Source: Mobula birostris (lineage: Eukaryota). From it: a stretch of 64,000 bases of DNA. The first letter of the stretch is position 1. Each line of letters begins with the position of its first letter. The notes below the pieces were generated by a model. It searched no databases. It had not been told where the DNA came from and saw only the letters and a program-made list of their open reading frames with translations. The stretch covers positions 46,878,581 through 46,942,580 of the forward strand of contig NC_092388.1 in NCBI RefSeq assembly GCF_030028105.1. Direction: 5' to 3'. Shown here in pieces: positions 12,255 through 25,839 of the stretch. A program made the translations under genes and the position numbers.

Positions 12255-12710
12255 GATGGCTAGTCACAGCTCAAATGCCATCTATAAATATGCCAATGAA
12301 ACAGTGTACAGGCATGAGATTGATCAATCACAACAACCTACAGTCAATGGTAAAACCAATTGCAGACTTAGGATAAGAAAGTCAGAAAACACACCAGTCA
12401 TCAAGATGTCAACAGTGGAAATTGTAAGTAGCTTCAAGTTCCTGGATGTCAACATCTCAGTGGATCCTTCCTGGGCCCAACATATTGATGCAATCACAAA
12501 GACAGTACACCAGTAGTTATACTTCATTAGGAATTTGGAGTGTTTTTTTAATGTTACCAAAGACTAGCATATTTGCACAGCTGCACAGTGGAGAGCATTC
12601 AGATTGGTTGTATAATCTCCTGCTATAGAAGCTCCAATGCAGTATTGAAAAAAGCTACAGGGTTGTGGACTCAAGCAGATGCAGCATCAGCACTAGCTTC
12701 CCCACCAAAA
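12255..12710 (+). mobile_element. Degenerate Rex1/Babar-type LINE fragment
   Basis: Translation has SNAIYKYANET and VSSFKFLDVNIS..PSW remnants, similar to 37754-38911. Confidence 0.65.
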
Positions 12711-14820
12711 TGCTGCTTGGATTATAGCATGTCTTGAGGATAGGGTGACAGACTAGGGCTTTGGGATAAAGGACGGTGGGAGATGACCTGACAAATGTAC
12801 AAGGGAGATAAGGAGCACAAGCCAAGCAGGTAGCTAAACATTGTCCCAGGGCAGAATTGGCTAATGAAGGGACATAATTTTAAGGTGATTGGAACACCCT
12901 GCCAGGAGTGATGGTAGAGGAAGATACATTAGGAACATTTAAGAAACTCTTGGGTACATGGATGATAGAAAAGCAGAGGGCTATGTAGCAGGTTAAAAGG
13001 TCAGCACAACATCCTATGCTTTGTTCCATTTAATACTTGGGAGCAACATTCAGATGCATTTCCCTCTTCATTCAGGATCACCACTGAATGGCATCTTTCA
13101 ACCAATATTTACTACCTTAACATTACTGTAGCAAGACTAGAGGAATCCTGCACTGCAATACATCAAGTGTGTGGGTAGGTGAACACTTGTTAGTATTCAT
13201 AACCAAGGCCTTTGGATCAAATTTGGATATGTGTAGTCACTCATTTGGTAGTGTGCCTAACAGTTAGCATGAAATTGGGAGAACAATGTAGATAAGGACA
13301 AGGTGTACTTATTGATAAGTTACACTCCAAGTACTGGTTTGACACTGTCAAGTACAAAATGATACCGGGCAAGTCAAACTGAATACATTATTCAAATTCC
13401 ATTGACACCACTATCTGGCAAAAACTGGTTACATTACTTCATTGTTAGTTATCTAGAAGCTTACAAATTAAGGTATTATGATTCAATTAGCATATATAAA
13501 GCAAGAGTGAAACGACATCATTCCTGTTACTGAATTTGTTGGACTATGCCAATTGTGTTGCAGATGATCAAAACTCAAGTCTACATTTTTATCCAATGCA
13601 AATAAATCATCAGGTGTTGAAGTCCCCACAATCCACATGTTCTTAAGCTACCAAGTTATGAGAAATCAAACACTGCTTCAAACGCACAACAGGTACCCAA
13701 ATTTATATCATTGCCATTAAATAGTCAGAACACGAACTTCACAATGATGAATCCATCACATCAAGGAAATTTAACATTAGTATTTGGCATTTTAACTTGG
13801 AAGAATGGCAAATCACTTAACAGAATTGAAAATTAACCATTTTTGCCAGGGAAGTTATAAAAAAGCAAAACTGAGAAATTAATCCAAACCAATAATCATA
13901 CCCATGGTAGATGAACCAATCACATACCTTAGCTGTGTATTTGAATTCACTTCAATTGCAATTAAATTGTAGCACACAACCAAACTACTCTCATCAGAAG
14001 GCAAGAATCATTTTGATCTTGCAGTAGTTCTTCCAATCAAGACCATCAAAATTTCCTTTACCCCTTTAACAGTTGTACCTTCAATGTACTAAGTTGTCCC
14101 AAGAGGACAAAGTGAATACAGACATCAAGTTATTCAAGATTAAAACTTACTATCTTTAAAGCACCAGATCAGTACTACTGAGATTGAACCAGAATGTAAA
14201 TTTAGTTTTGTATTGCATTACTGTATATAATTTGAACTGAAACTAGATTGTAGTGTTAATGAGATCTCTTGTATTTTCTGAATATCTAAACAGCTATGGC
14301 ATTCAAGGGTGATTTATGATTCAGTGCTCCCATGGTTCTGAGTGCAATACCAGCTCAGTTTCACTCCAAGTAGACTAACTTGTACCAACCAAATGGGTAA
14401 CAAAACCACTGAATATCCATCATAAATTTAAAACAAACTGAATGTCCGGTACTATATTGCAATGTTGAATACCAATATATCAAATGAAATATGCTGGAAA
14501 TGAGTTAGTGACATCCTGTATCTGCAGTGCTTTCTACCCATTTCACCATGATGCTCTTCTGCATCTTCCACTACCACATACACATCAATCCCTACCTTGA
14601 TTACAATAATTTATCACCCACTAAAATGCAATTTCACTTCCATTTATGAAATGCAGCACATTAATGGACATGGATCACTATTTACATACTTCAACTATTT
14701 CTCATTAAAATGAGACAAAAATAAATACACTTCTTGGAAACTGGCAAGTGACTTGCAAATCGTCAATAAGGAAACATTTAGTATCAAATGCCAAGGTGAA
14801 ATGAAAAACTTTACAAGTTA

Positions 14821-15037
14821 TTTATTAGTGTACATACTAAAACATCGACTAAAAGCACTTACTCTTAAATATACAGCTTTCCTGGAATGCATTTTACATA
14901 CCAAAGTCAAATTTAATGACTTTGTCCATCATATTGCTACAAAAAGTAACATATGCAATCAACTCAAACATTTCCCACAAGATTAAAAGTCCACGAAATG
15001 ACAAGGATGGCAGTTTGTACATCTGGCATTGTTTATT
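14821..15037 (-). terminator. Candidate GMNN polyadenylation signals
   Basis: AATAAA on the minus strand at 15032-15037 and 14821-14826, downstream of the stop codon. Confidence 0.5.
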
Positions 15038-15132
15038 GCAGCATCACTGGAAATTTCTTCCAGAACTAATGGGAATAACATCTCCCTCCCTTTTGGTGTC
15101 AGCAGCTCAAGCAGTCAAGAAAATGATTGTGC

Positions 15133-15321
15133 CTAATCTTCTTCCTCAGATTCTCTCAAGGAACATTTGTCATCAGATTCTTCTACAGGTTCAATAGTCA
15201 GCTTGGACTCTCTTTCCTCAGCTTCTTGTGATTCCAGCTTCAACTCTTCAGAACCATGTGCTTCTTCAGCTCCCTGTTCTGACTCCAGCATTAATTCATC
15301 AGCACTCTGTCCAGTTAATTT
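15133..15321 (-). CDS. GMNN: Geminin, last coding exon (acidic C-terminus, TAG stop)
   Basis: Acceptor ttttttctgcgcag, then KLTGQSADELMLES...ESEEED*. Phase 0 matches the preceding exon. Confidence 0.88.
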   Translation of the reverse strand, partial: KLTGQSADELMLESEQGAEEAHGSEELKLESQEAEERESKLTIEPVEESDDKCSLRESEEED

Positions 15322-15864
15322 CTGCGCAGAAAAAAAATAATGGTTACTCAAGGATTTAAACTAATTCAAATCAAGCAAAGTAGGGCTAGGATAATTAACA
15401 CAGGACTGATGGTCTGAAGGTGGCAAGAATATCTTGGACTCATCCAGTGAGACCATGCAAGTAGAACTCTGGAACAAGTTGCATTCACTAGCTGAGGTTA
15501 AAATAAACATCAATAGACCACAGGAGCCACAGCAGATAAGCAGGCAGATCATGGAAAAATTGCAAAATCCATTACTGTGGTCATTTTAGCTTCCCCAATA
15601 TTGACTGCGGCTCCCACGTCAGCATTTAGATGGAACAGGGTTTGCTGGGTGCATAAAGGAGATTTCCTGTTGATTGTCCCACTAGGGCTGTGCTAGACTT
15701 CATTGAAGAATGAGCTTTGCCAGGTGATTGAAATTTCAGTGAGGGTACATTTTGGGAACAGCAACCATACATGTTCAGCCTTATGTGCAAGGGCAAGACT
15801 GATTTTCAGCTGAAAATGCTAACTTGGGGGAAGGCCAATACAACTACTAGGCAGGAACACATAC

Positions 15865-16500
15865 CAATCCTCAGAGGGATCAGAAGTGGAGAGTGAGCAG
15901 TTTCAAGTTCCTGGGTGTCAAGATCTGAGGACCTAACCTGGTCCCAACATATTGATGCAGCTATAAAGGTGGCAAGACAGTGACTGTATTTCATTAGGAG
16001 TTTGAAGAGATATGGTTATGTCAACAAAAACATTCAAAAACTTCTATAGATGTACCATGGAGAGCATTCTGACAGACTGCATCAGTTTGGTATGGGGTGG
16101 GGGGGGGGGGGGGGCTACAGCACTGGACCAAAAGAAGCTGCAGACGGTCACAAATTTAGACTGCTCCATCTTGGGTATTAGCCTACAAAGTACCCAGGAC
16201 ATCTTTAAGGCGTGTTCTCTCAAAGGCAGTGCCAACTTTTAAGGACCCCCCCCCCAGCACCAGAGCATGCCTTTTTCTGTTACCATCAGGCGGGAGGTAC
16301 AGAAGCCTGAAGTCACACATTCAGCAATTCAAGAACAGCTTCTTTTCCTCTGCCATCTGATTCCTAAATGGACATTGAACCCATGAACATTATCTCACTT
16401 TTGAATATACATTTCTGTTTTTGCATGATTTTTAATCTATTCAACATACATACGGTGATTTATTTATTCTATTATATATTGCATTGAACTGCTGCTGCTA
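15865..16500 (+). mobile_element. Rex1/Babar-type LINE 3' fragment in a GMNN intron
   Basis: FKFLG / NFYRCTMESILTDCISLVW motifs. Similar to 39655-40150. Confidence 0.75.
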
Positions 16501-16549
16501 AGTTAAATTTCATGACACATACCAGTGATAATAAACCTGATTCTGATTC

Positions 16550-17240
16550 TAAGTAGATTGGGAGCAGCTGAGTGGGACAATCCACATCTATCATAGAGGC
16601 CAGAGTTCAGAACTCCTGACTGGGAAAGGCTGCAAGGTTCAGGAACCATAGATGACAGTGATATTGCAAGTTTAATCAAAGGAAGCACGTTAGGCTAAGA
16701 AAGCAGAGATCAAAAAGGCCCTTGAATACAGGAAGTATGGAAAAACAAATTAGAAAGATGAAGAGGGGACTTATCCTTGGCACATAGGATTAATGAGAAT
16801 CCCAAGGCATATTACACATGTTACAAGCAAGAGGCTAGTTAGGGAAAGGATAAATCCACTGAAGGACAATGGAGGGAATTTGTGTACTAAGCCACAAGAA
16901 ATTTGCAAGCTCCTCAATGAGCGCTTCATATCAGCATTCACTAAAGACATGGAGAATGGTGAAATTAGGGAACATGTTGATATTCTACACAATGTCAATA
17001 TAAAAGGCGGTGCTGGGTGCCTTGAAAAAAAACCAATGTGGACAAGTCCCCAGGGCCTGATGAAATCTATCCAAAGATGGAAGCAGGAAGGAGATTGCTG
17101 GGGCCTTAGGAGATGCTTATCCTCTATACTCAGGAGGGTTGCAAGATAGCCAATATTGTTCCCTTGAAGGCAGGGCAAACCAAATTATAGGCATTTGAGC
17201 CTTACATCAGTAGTAAGGAAACTCCAAAGATTCTTAAGGA
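16550..17240 (+). mobile_element. Degenerate CR1 ORF2 fragment
   Basis: ORF 16793-17149 has RERINPLKDNGGNLC...LNERFISAFTK, followed by a KSPGPD-like remnant. Confidence 0.65.
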
Positions 17241-18370
17241 TATTTACTCGTATTCAAAGGCTATAAAATAACTATAGCAGATTAATGCACACATTGAAGA
17301 GTTTATATTACACACTATTTCAGTAGTGCAAATTGTAGACATGCTTGAAACAATCTCCCCAAAGCAAGAAATTACAGAATAGCAGCAACAGGCTCTTTGG
17401 CCCAATATCCAAGCTGAGCATCAAGTGTCTTTCTATATGAATCCCACTTATCAGCACTTGATCTATTATCTTCAAATGCCAATCTAGATGCCAAAATGGT
17501 GAGTGTACCTGCCCCCTCTCAGGCACCCAATTCTGAGATCAGCACAAGTGGTTAAGGGACTAGTTGTTCAGGGATGCATTAGAAGTAACATTCAGCAGGG
17601 AATATAAGAGGGGAGGAAAATAATAAGGTACAATAAAACCAGATGTTCCCAAATTCCTGGAAATTTGCACCCAAGTTCTACTAGTGGACATTTGCTTTAA
17701 CTGTTACTGAGCAATTTAGTGTAACATAAGAATTGTATGATAAAAATGTCAAGCCATCGTTAAATGCTGGAATAATCCAGAACTTTTATAAAATTACTTC
17801 ATTGCTTCAACTGTTTTATGAGCTGTTGATACTTAAATTTAAAATTCCTTTAACAGAAATCATATGGCATGAAATTACCCCAGGAATTAAAATTGCATTA
17901 TGAAAAATTCATATTTATAAACTTGAAAATTTGAAAGATGAAAATTTTAGATGAAGTTTTAAAGCCACAGGTTCAATTCCAATCAGTGTATAACAAGTAT
18001 TTCTGGTACAAGTGCTAAAACCAAGCTTCAAATGTCCTTATCCAGGCTTTATATATTTATTTTATTTTAGAGTACAGAACAGAACCATCTGGCCCAACAA
18101 ACCATGCCACCCAGCAACCCATCTATTTAACACTAAGCTAAAGACAGGATAATTTACAATGATTAATTAACCTACTAACTGGTAGGTCTTTAAACTGTTG
18201 GAGGAAGAAACTGGTGCATTGAAAAATTACACATGGTCACAGGGAGAACATACAAACTCCTTACAGAAGACACTGGAATTGAACTCTGACACTGAGCTGT
18301 AATAGCATTACATTAACCACTCCACTACTGGTGTTCAATGACAAACCACCCAACTCAGAAATCTACTCAC

Positions 18371-18481
18371 CTCAATCATATCAGCCATGTACTGTACATG
18401 TTCTGCTAATTCCATTAAGTCTTGGTTCTCTTTCTGCAACTTCAAAATATCTTCATCTTTAAGTTCAATTTCTTTGTGTAA
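18371..18481 (-). CDS. GMNN: Geminin coding exon 5 (coiled coil)
   Basis: [37 protein letters not shown]. Boundaries are ag| and |gtgagt; 111 nt. Confidence 0.96.
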
Positions 18482-18569
18482 CTGTAAGTAGAAGAGTGCA
18501 TTTCAATCATTTCCAAATTTTAGTATTCAGATGGCAGATGAATGATTAGATAATATCAATAGTACTTAC

Positions 18570-18652
18570 TCTTTCATTTTCTTGCAAAACCTGGAAAAGG
18601 GCTTTTCTCCGCTCCTCTGCTAGCTCCTTCCAGTACAGAGAACTAGGATTTG
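18570..18652 (-). CDS. GMNN: Geminin coding exon 4
   Basis: [27 protein letters not shown], the hallmark geminin Cdt1-binding/coiled-coil start. 83 nt; boundaries ag| and |gtaagt. Confidence 0.96.
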
Positions 18653-18748
18653 CTGCAAATGCCAAATCATAAAATTTAATCTGCTGTGGAAAGTTAAAAG
18701 CCAAGATGCTTGTATTTCCAAATGTTGTAACAGAACCAGAACACTTAC

Positions 18749-18905
18749 ACTTAACAAGAAGTTGGTAAGCTTCTTTTGTCATATCAGTCCCTGAGTTTTC
18801 ATTGTTGCACCCTGCAAAGTCTTGAGGGATCTGTGTGCGTGATTTCTTGCAGCTCTTTGGTTGATCATCATTCCAGTACTTTCTTTTAGGAGACTGCTTG
18901 TGGGA
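18749..18905 (-). CDS. GMNN: Geminin coding exon 3
   Basis: [23 protein letters not shown]...[11 protein letters not shown] (basic, NLS-like). 157 nt with phases consistent with both neighbours. Confidence 0.92.
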
Positions 18906-19038
18906 CTACAAAACAAATACAACACAAAGAAGCTGGAGAAACTCAGTGGTTCAGGCAAGGAAACTGACAGTCAACTTTGGTGTTGAGACCATTCAGCAGA
19001 CAAATCATCACCTTTATTCTATGCTTTTGCTTTAAAAT

Positions 19039-19545
19039 TCACTGGCCATTTTATTAGGTACACCTGCACATTAATGCAAGTATCAGCCAACTATGTGACA
19101 GCAACTCAATGCATGAAAGCATACCGACATGTTCAAGTGTTTCAGTTGTTCAGACCAAATATCAGAATGGGGAAGAAATGTGATCCAAGTGACTGTGGAC
19201 TGACTATTGGTGCCAGAATGGATGTCTTCAGCATCTCAGAAACTGATTGATCTCCTGGGGTTGTCACACAAACAGTCTCTAGTTAACAGAGAATGGCCTG
19301 AACAAAAAAAAACATCCACTAAGTGGCAGTTCTGTGGACGAAAATGCCTTGGAGATCTCAGGAGAACAGCCACTGGTTCAAGCTGACAGGAAGGCAACAG
19401 TAACTCAAATAACTATGTGTCACAACAACAGCATGCAGAAGAGCATCTCTGAATGCACAACACATCAAACCTCGAAGTGGATGGGCCACATCAGAAGCAC
19501 ACACTGTTCCAAAGTTCCACTCCTGTACCAAATAACGTAGTTCTT
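19039..19545 (+). mobile_element. Non-autonomous Tc1/mariner-like DNA transposon remnant
   Basis: The left terminus cactggccattttattaggtaca has a degenerate inverted counterpart (tgtaccaaataa) near 19524. An internal transposase HTH remnant reads LVQADRKATVTQIT...ISECTT. Confidence 0.65.
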
Positions 19546-19745
19546 GTTTGTGTAAAAGACAAAAAGGAATGAAAGCCAATTACACAAATCAATTTCTACC
19601 ATGAAATTGCAATTCCATGAACAATTTCCAATTGCTGACTGGAAACTTGGCATAAAAAATTAATGCAAAGCAAAATTAAACACCAAACCCAGATTACTCG
19701 CATATGAACATTAAGGTGAAGTGAGGAAAGTTGCATGTGACCTAC

Positions 19746-19847
19746 CTCATTTATCCTGCCAACAAGCTGATCCGAAGTAGCAACAGGTTGAATTACTTGT
19801 AATGTTCGTCTTAGTGATGTATGACTTGCAACTCCACTGGTGAAATT
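19746..19847 (-). CDS. GMNN: Geminin coding exon 2 (destruction box)
   Basis: NFTSGVASHTSLRRTLQVIQPVATSDQLVGRINE contains the RRTLxVIQP D-box. 102 nt; boundaries ag| and |gtagg. Confidence 0.95.
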
Positions 19848-21329
19848 CTAGTAGAAACAAAAAACAATGCTGAATATTTATTAGGTACCTTTTGTATATT
19901 GGGCAATATTGCAGGGCTCAAGCAAAACTCAGAGGATTGTTCTGAAATATTAACTGAGTTAAAGCTTCTTTCCCAATCTCATCACCTGAATGAACATCAA
20001 TGGTGATTACAGACAAATGAACAAATACCCATTTTCATTAAAGTCCAGTTAATGGTATAGACAATTATTTTCTTCAAATGCAACAACAAATCACAACTAG
20101 CAAACCAAAGCCACTTTGATAGCCCTGCCTTTTTCAGAGACCTCAAGTTCTAGATGTAAGGCAGTTTGTGGGAAAGGAAAAGAACTCATTGTCACATCAT
20201 TTCCTCAGATTAAATACTTACAAAGGACTTCAACAGGCACTCATTGAAAATTTTTCAAATGTAGTATTTGCTTATGTAACAAAGGTGCTGGATTTCAACA
20301 GATTTGGAAGCACTCTGGTCGTGCACCAACAAATGGATGACATATCTGCTGAACACTTCCAGTATTCTATTTTTACTTCAGATCATGTGGTCTGAGGTGG
20401 TGGTGGGGGGGGGGGGGGCCTTATTAGAATACGAAAGCCAGAAAAACTCAATTGGCTGAAAAGCCCAAGTCATGAAAAAATTTATCATTTCCAGCAGCGA
20501 GAGATTTTTTTTAAGCTACAACTATAAGCTTTGATCAGTGTTACAAGATGGCAAACATGTAGAAAACAGGAATGGATTTTTTCATCAAGGCATTATATTG
20601 AATATATAGCACCAAATAAACACACTAATTGTTTTTGTTCTATCCACCACGAAGAGTCAGAAGAGCCTCCCACCTGATAACTACCATTAATTCTTTCCCA
20701 GTTACTATAGTATCAAGGTGAGATGTCAACTTGAATCTTGACAATAGGATGTTATGAAACAATCTACTTTTAAATCAATACTACACAATTTCAAATCAAT
20801 GTGCTATTAGCTCAACCATATTCATAAGCATATTGTTATACAACATTCAATTCCAAAATTAAATGGAGATTCATTTTATATAAAAACATTAATTATGAGG
20901 CTATTAAAGCCTGGTCCATTACTAATATTCATAGGTCTGACCAACTTTACTTTGCCTTCCTACCTAGCAGCAAGCTTTTATTTCCTTGCTCATTAGATAT
21001 CATCTAGCCTTGCCTTACAGAAACTTTAAGTTGACTTATACTGCCTTTTGAACAATATTTTAAGGGCTGGGGGGGAAATCACCCTTTAAAAATATTACCT
21101 ACTTTCAATCAGTGATCCTAATTTTAGACTCTTCCAAAGAGGAAACCTCCTCTTCACATCCTCAAACCCATTTCACGGCTTTAGTGATATATACAATAGA
21201 TGATCTGCACACAGAACATCATTAAAAAAGCTACAATGAAAATCAGAACAGAGGATCAACAATCTATCAATGCTGCCAATCAATCAGATCAAGGATTAAT
21301 GAGATCAGAGTGCTAAATTCATAGCTGAA

Positions 21330-22015
21330 AGCTGCAGGAGTACCGGGTTTAAATTTGTGGGAGATTGGCATCAGTTTTGGCGGAAGCTGTTCCAATGGGA
21401 CAGGGTCAACTTGAACCATGCTGAGACCAGAGTACTGGTGAATCGTGTATCTAGGGCTGTGGATAGGGCTTTAAATTAAATAGTATATATATTTCAATGC
21501 TAGGAGTATTGCGGGGAAGGCGGATGAGTTGAGGGCGTGGATTGACACGTGGAATTATCATGTTGTAGCAATTAGTGAAACTTGGCTACAGGAGGGGCAG
21601 GACTGGCAGCTTAATATTCCAGGGTTCCAATGTTTCAGATGTGATCGAGGCAGAGGAATGAAAGGTGGGGGAGTAGCATTGCTTGTTAGGGAAAATATTA
21701 CAGCAGTGCTCAGGCAGGACAGATTAGAGGGCTTGTCTACTGAGTCCTTGTGGGTAGAGCTGAGAAACAGGAAAGGTATGGCCACATTAGTGGGATTGTA
21801 TTACAGACCACCCAATAGTCAACGAGACTTGGAAGAGCAAATCTGCAGAGAGATAGCAGGCAACTGCAGGAAACAAAGTTGTGGTGGTAGGGGGATTTTA
21901 ATTTTTCATACATTGATTGGGACTCCCATACTGTTAGGGGTCTAGATGGTTTAGAGTTTGTAAAATGTGTTCAGGAAAGTTTTCTAAATCAATATATAGA
22001 GGTACCAACTAGAGG
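21330..22015 (+). mobile_element. CR1 LINE AP-endonuclease region, truncated by a gap
   Basis: ORF 21529-21945 has VVAISETWL, R.DR...GGGVALLVR and GLYYRPP. Confidence 0.85.
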
Positions 22016-22908
22016 NNNNNNNNNNNNNNNNNNNNNNNNNNNNNNNNNNNNNNNNNNNNNNNNNNNNNNNNNNNNNNNNNNNNNNNNNNNNNNNNNNNNN
22101 NNNNNNNNNNNNNNNNNNNNNNNNNNNNNNNNNNNNNNNNNNNNNNNNNNNNNNNNNNNNNNNNNNNNNNNNNNNNNNNNNNNNNNNNNNNNNNNNNNNN
22201 NNNNNNNNNNNNNNNNNNNNNNNNNNNNNNNNNNNNNNNNNNNNNNNNNNNNNNNNNNNNNNNNNNNNNNNNNNNNNNNNNNNNNNNNNNNNNNNNNNNN
22301 NNNNNNNNNNNNNNNNNNNNNNNNNNNNNNNNNNNNNNNNNNNNNNNNNNNNNNNNNNNNNNNNNNNNNNNNNNNNNNNNNNNNNNNNNNNNNNNNNNNN
22401 NNNNNNNNNNNNNNNNNNNNNNNNNNNNNNNNNNNNNNNNNNNNNNNNNNNNNNNNNNNNNNNNNNNNNNNNNNNNNNNNNNNNNNNNNNNNNNNNNNNN
22501 NNNNNNNNNNNNNNNNNNNNNNNNNNNNNNNNNNNNNNNNNNNNNNNNNNNNNNNNNNNNNNNNNNNNNNNNNNNNNNNNNNNNNNNNNNNNNNNNNNNN
22601 NNNNNNNNNNNNNNNNNNNNNNNNNNNNNNNNNNNNNNNNNNNNNNNNNNNNNNNNNNNNNNNNNNNNNNNNNNNNNNNNNNNNNNNNNNNNNNNNNNNN
22701 NNNNNNNNNNNNNNNNNNNNNNNNNNNNNNNNNNNNNNNNNNNNNNNNNNNNNNNNNNNNNNNNNNNNNNNNNNNNNNNNNNNNNNNNNNNNNNNNNNNN
22801 NNNNNNNNNNNNNNNNNNNNNNNNNNNNNNNNNNNNNNNNNNNNNNNNNNNNNNNNNNNNNNNNNNNNNNNNNNNNNNNNNNNNNNNNNNNNNNNNNNNN
22901 NNNNNNNN
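22016..22908. other. Assembly gap (N run)
   Basis: Run of N. Confidence 1.
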
Positions 22909-23290
22909 AAAAACAGGCAATAGGTGAAATTTAAGAGGGGAAGGGATGGAGCCAAGAGCTAGCAAACTGATTGGTGAAAGAGAGAAGGCCATGGAAGTAT
23001 GAAGGGGGAAGGAGGCGATGGGCAGGCAAGGAAATAACATGAGAGAGGGACAAAGGGATGAAAAATGGTGTGCAGGCATTACGAGAAGATTGAGAAATCA
23101 GTGCTCATGCCTTCAGGTTGGAGGCTACCCAAACAGAATACAAGGTGCTGTTTTTCCAACTTAAGTGTCTTATCCCAACAGTGGAGGCCATATCAGAATG
23201 GGAATGGAAAGTGGAATTAAAATGGGTGGCCACTGGGAGATCCCACTTGTTCTGGCGGACAGATGTAAATACTCAGCGAAGCAGTCTCCC
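22909..23290 (-). mobile_element. Penelope-like element 3' fragment
   Basis: Similar to 5650-5935, including the rc of the QHLVFCLGSLQP-type terminus (catgccttcaggttggaggctaccca). Confidence 0.65.
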
Positions 23291-23304
23291 AATTTATGTA
23301 ACTA

Positions 23305-23830
23305 CAATACAAGGCATTACAGAGGCCCCACTTAAGACTACGGAGCAGTTTTGGGTCCTTGTCTAAACAAGGATCTGGTGATATTGGTGAGGTCTGGAGG
23401 CAGCTTCTCCAGAACGATCCCAGGAATAGTATTAGGTGTGTTTTGAAGGCTCTGGGCTGTACCCACTGGAGTTTATAAGAATGGGGTGGGAGTGAAAAGA
23501 GGATGTATCCTACCATGTGGGAGTCTAGAATCAGAAAGCCTAGCCTTACAATACAAGAACATCTCTTTAGAACAGATGAGGGTGGGGGGGTCAGAGAAAA
23601 AATATCTTTAGTCAGTGGGCAGTGAATCTAGAATTCATTGCCACATACTGCTGTGGAGTCCAAGTCATTGGGTAGATTTAAAGTAGAGGTTGATAGATTC
23701 TTGATTAGTACTGGCAACAGATTACCGAGAAAAGACAAGACAATGAACAGGGTTTAGAGGAAAAATAAACCAGCCATGACGGAATGGCACAGCAGATTCA
23801 ATGGGTCAAATGACTTTATTCTGCTCTGAT
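23305..23830 (+). mobile_element. Degenerate CR1 3' fragment
   Basis: Similar to 3690-3830 and 6571-6970. Confidence 0.65.
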
Positions 23831-24414
23831 GTTTTATGCTCCAACATACTTCTGGTCCCTTATCCCACATTTCCCTCAGAATCAAAGATTGCACTGGAGC
23901 CAAAAAAGTCCAATATGTTCCCATTTCAGCCATATCCTCAGTGTGTACCTGGTCTGAGATATTCCAGCTAGAAGAAACAGCCCCTTGGTATCCACCCTAT
24001 CAACCTGCTAGAATCATGTATTACACGCACCTGAAATTGTAGGTAAATCTTATACTCCAACTCAAATGCCAAGTTAGAGCAACCCAGCACATGCAAAATC
24101 AAATCTACAGCACACTGGGTCCAAAGGCAAGTACACGAGATGTAGAAATCTAAACAGTACATAATGGTTTGCAAAGCCCTGCAGTTCTTACTTTTCGTTT
24201 TCCATTCTAAACATCTTGCTAAAATACCAAATGATCTCCCTTCCTAGATTTGTGCACAGAAGTGAAATCTACCGCACTTACCCAACCTGCCCTATACAAG
24301 CTTACATAATTGATTCTTAACAACCTTCTGAAAAAGTTACTCTGGTTGCATTTAAATATGATAATTGCACTATGCTGCATCTACAAAGTTCATTTATGGA
24401 TAGAAATACTGCTG

Positions 24415-24860
24415 TGTTGTGTGTGTTCGTCCATCGTTGACATCGATGAGGACCTCAACACCATTACGTTGGTGTCAAGACTAGCGTGTGATTTGGATTT
24501 AAGTGTGGGAGAGTTGTACAGTGTCAGCCTCACTCTCTTCCCAATTTCCATCTGGATCTAGTGGCAAGACAGAGTCAAGACGGCTGGAGATGGGACTAGG
24601 CGCAGTAGATGACCAGGACGTCTTCTGTGTCTTGTCCTGCTCTATACATTCCATGACACTTGCAGGGACCGCCTTCTTGACCGTTGGACCTTCCATCGGT
24701 CTCGTCCGTTCAATCCACCAGAGTCTGTCTTCACGTGCTAGGATAGACAACTCCCTATCTCACCGAGGGTTTGAGACCCGTCGACTACCCTCACCTGGTT
24801 TAGCCAGCTTGTCGAAGCCATTGCCCGGGATGTGGCTGCTGTCACATGCAAACAGCTATG
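24415..24860 (-). mobile_element. Non-autonomous RTE-derived element
   Basis: RTE-like 3' end with an (ac)n tail. Shares blocks (ccctatctcacc; gtcacatgcaaacagcta) with 50461-50989. Confidence 0.55.
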
Positions 24861-25782
24861 GTAACATCATCAATCACATAACATCAAATGAGTGAATTAT
24901 AAACAATCCAAATGAAAGACCATTGACAGCTATGATAGTACAAGGCTTACAAAGTTCTAAAGTTTTAAATACTACAGAAATAAGAACTGCATTCAATGCA
25001 TTTATTACTTTTAAAAATTTCTAACCGGTAAAAATCATTAATTGTACCTACTAGGCCCAAATTAAGTTGTATACTTCAGAATACATTAGCCCAAGCAGTT
25101 AAGGCGGGTACCAAATCAGTGTCCTATTCTGGAGTACTGCCTTATCACTGTACCTAACCCAAGTACAAAGCTTTATTTACTAAAGTTGGAATTGATTCAT
25201 CTTTTTTTAATGATTGATTAAGCTTCTACCATAAAATAGAAAACAAAGGTAGATTAAAGGCATGATTAGGATTGATGTTAGCTGTATTCATGCATTACAT
25301 TGCAAGCGTGGGAAAATAATTTATATTCTACATGTAGTAACAGAATTCCCACGGTAAAGTTACTTCACTACAGATTATGACTCCCATGGTGTAGGACACA
25401 CCTTACCAAGCGTGGGAAAGTGCCACACAAAAGGTTGTAGACATCATTAAAGATTAAACCATGCAGCTTAGTAATTTTTCCTCAAGGTGAACATATGCCA
25501 ACAATGCTGCTTCAGCAGTTAACCCATCACTTATAAAACAGTACCTGAAGTACAAAAACTTTAAGAGTAAGGTATGTTTTAATATTATGCAAATAGATTG
25601 ACTTTTGAAGCAGCTGTAAATCTGGCCATTTACTGTAAAATCTAAATACCAACAATTTAAAGCAAAATGCAGTTTAAAAACTTTGCCAATGGGAAAGTTT
25701 TATTTCCCTGCAAGCAAACCCATTGTAAATGTTCATCCATACTATAGTGTGCTAAGACCATTATCATTACTGGCATATTTAC

Positions 25783-25839
25783 CTTTATGGAAGGTGTGCT
25801 GTTATCAGCATCAAATCTGTGTTTCATATTTGTGGTCAT
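25783..25839 (-). CDS. GMNN: Geminin first coding exon (exon spans 25783-25847)
   Basis: Acceptor ccttctag|gtctaacaATG, then MTTNMKHRFDADNSTPSIK|gtaaat. It resembles the geminin N-terminus (M.. MK.K...IK) and is phase 0. Confidence 0.85.

Noticed and set aside
21984-23079. Long ORFs of 323 and 356 aa (and the ORFs at 10494-10735)
   Set aside because: They are artefacts of translating through N gaps.
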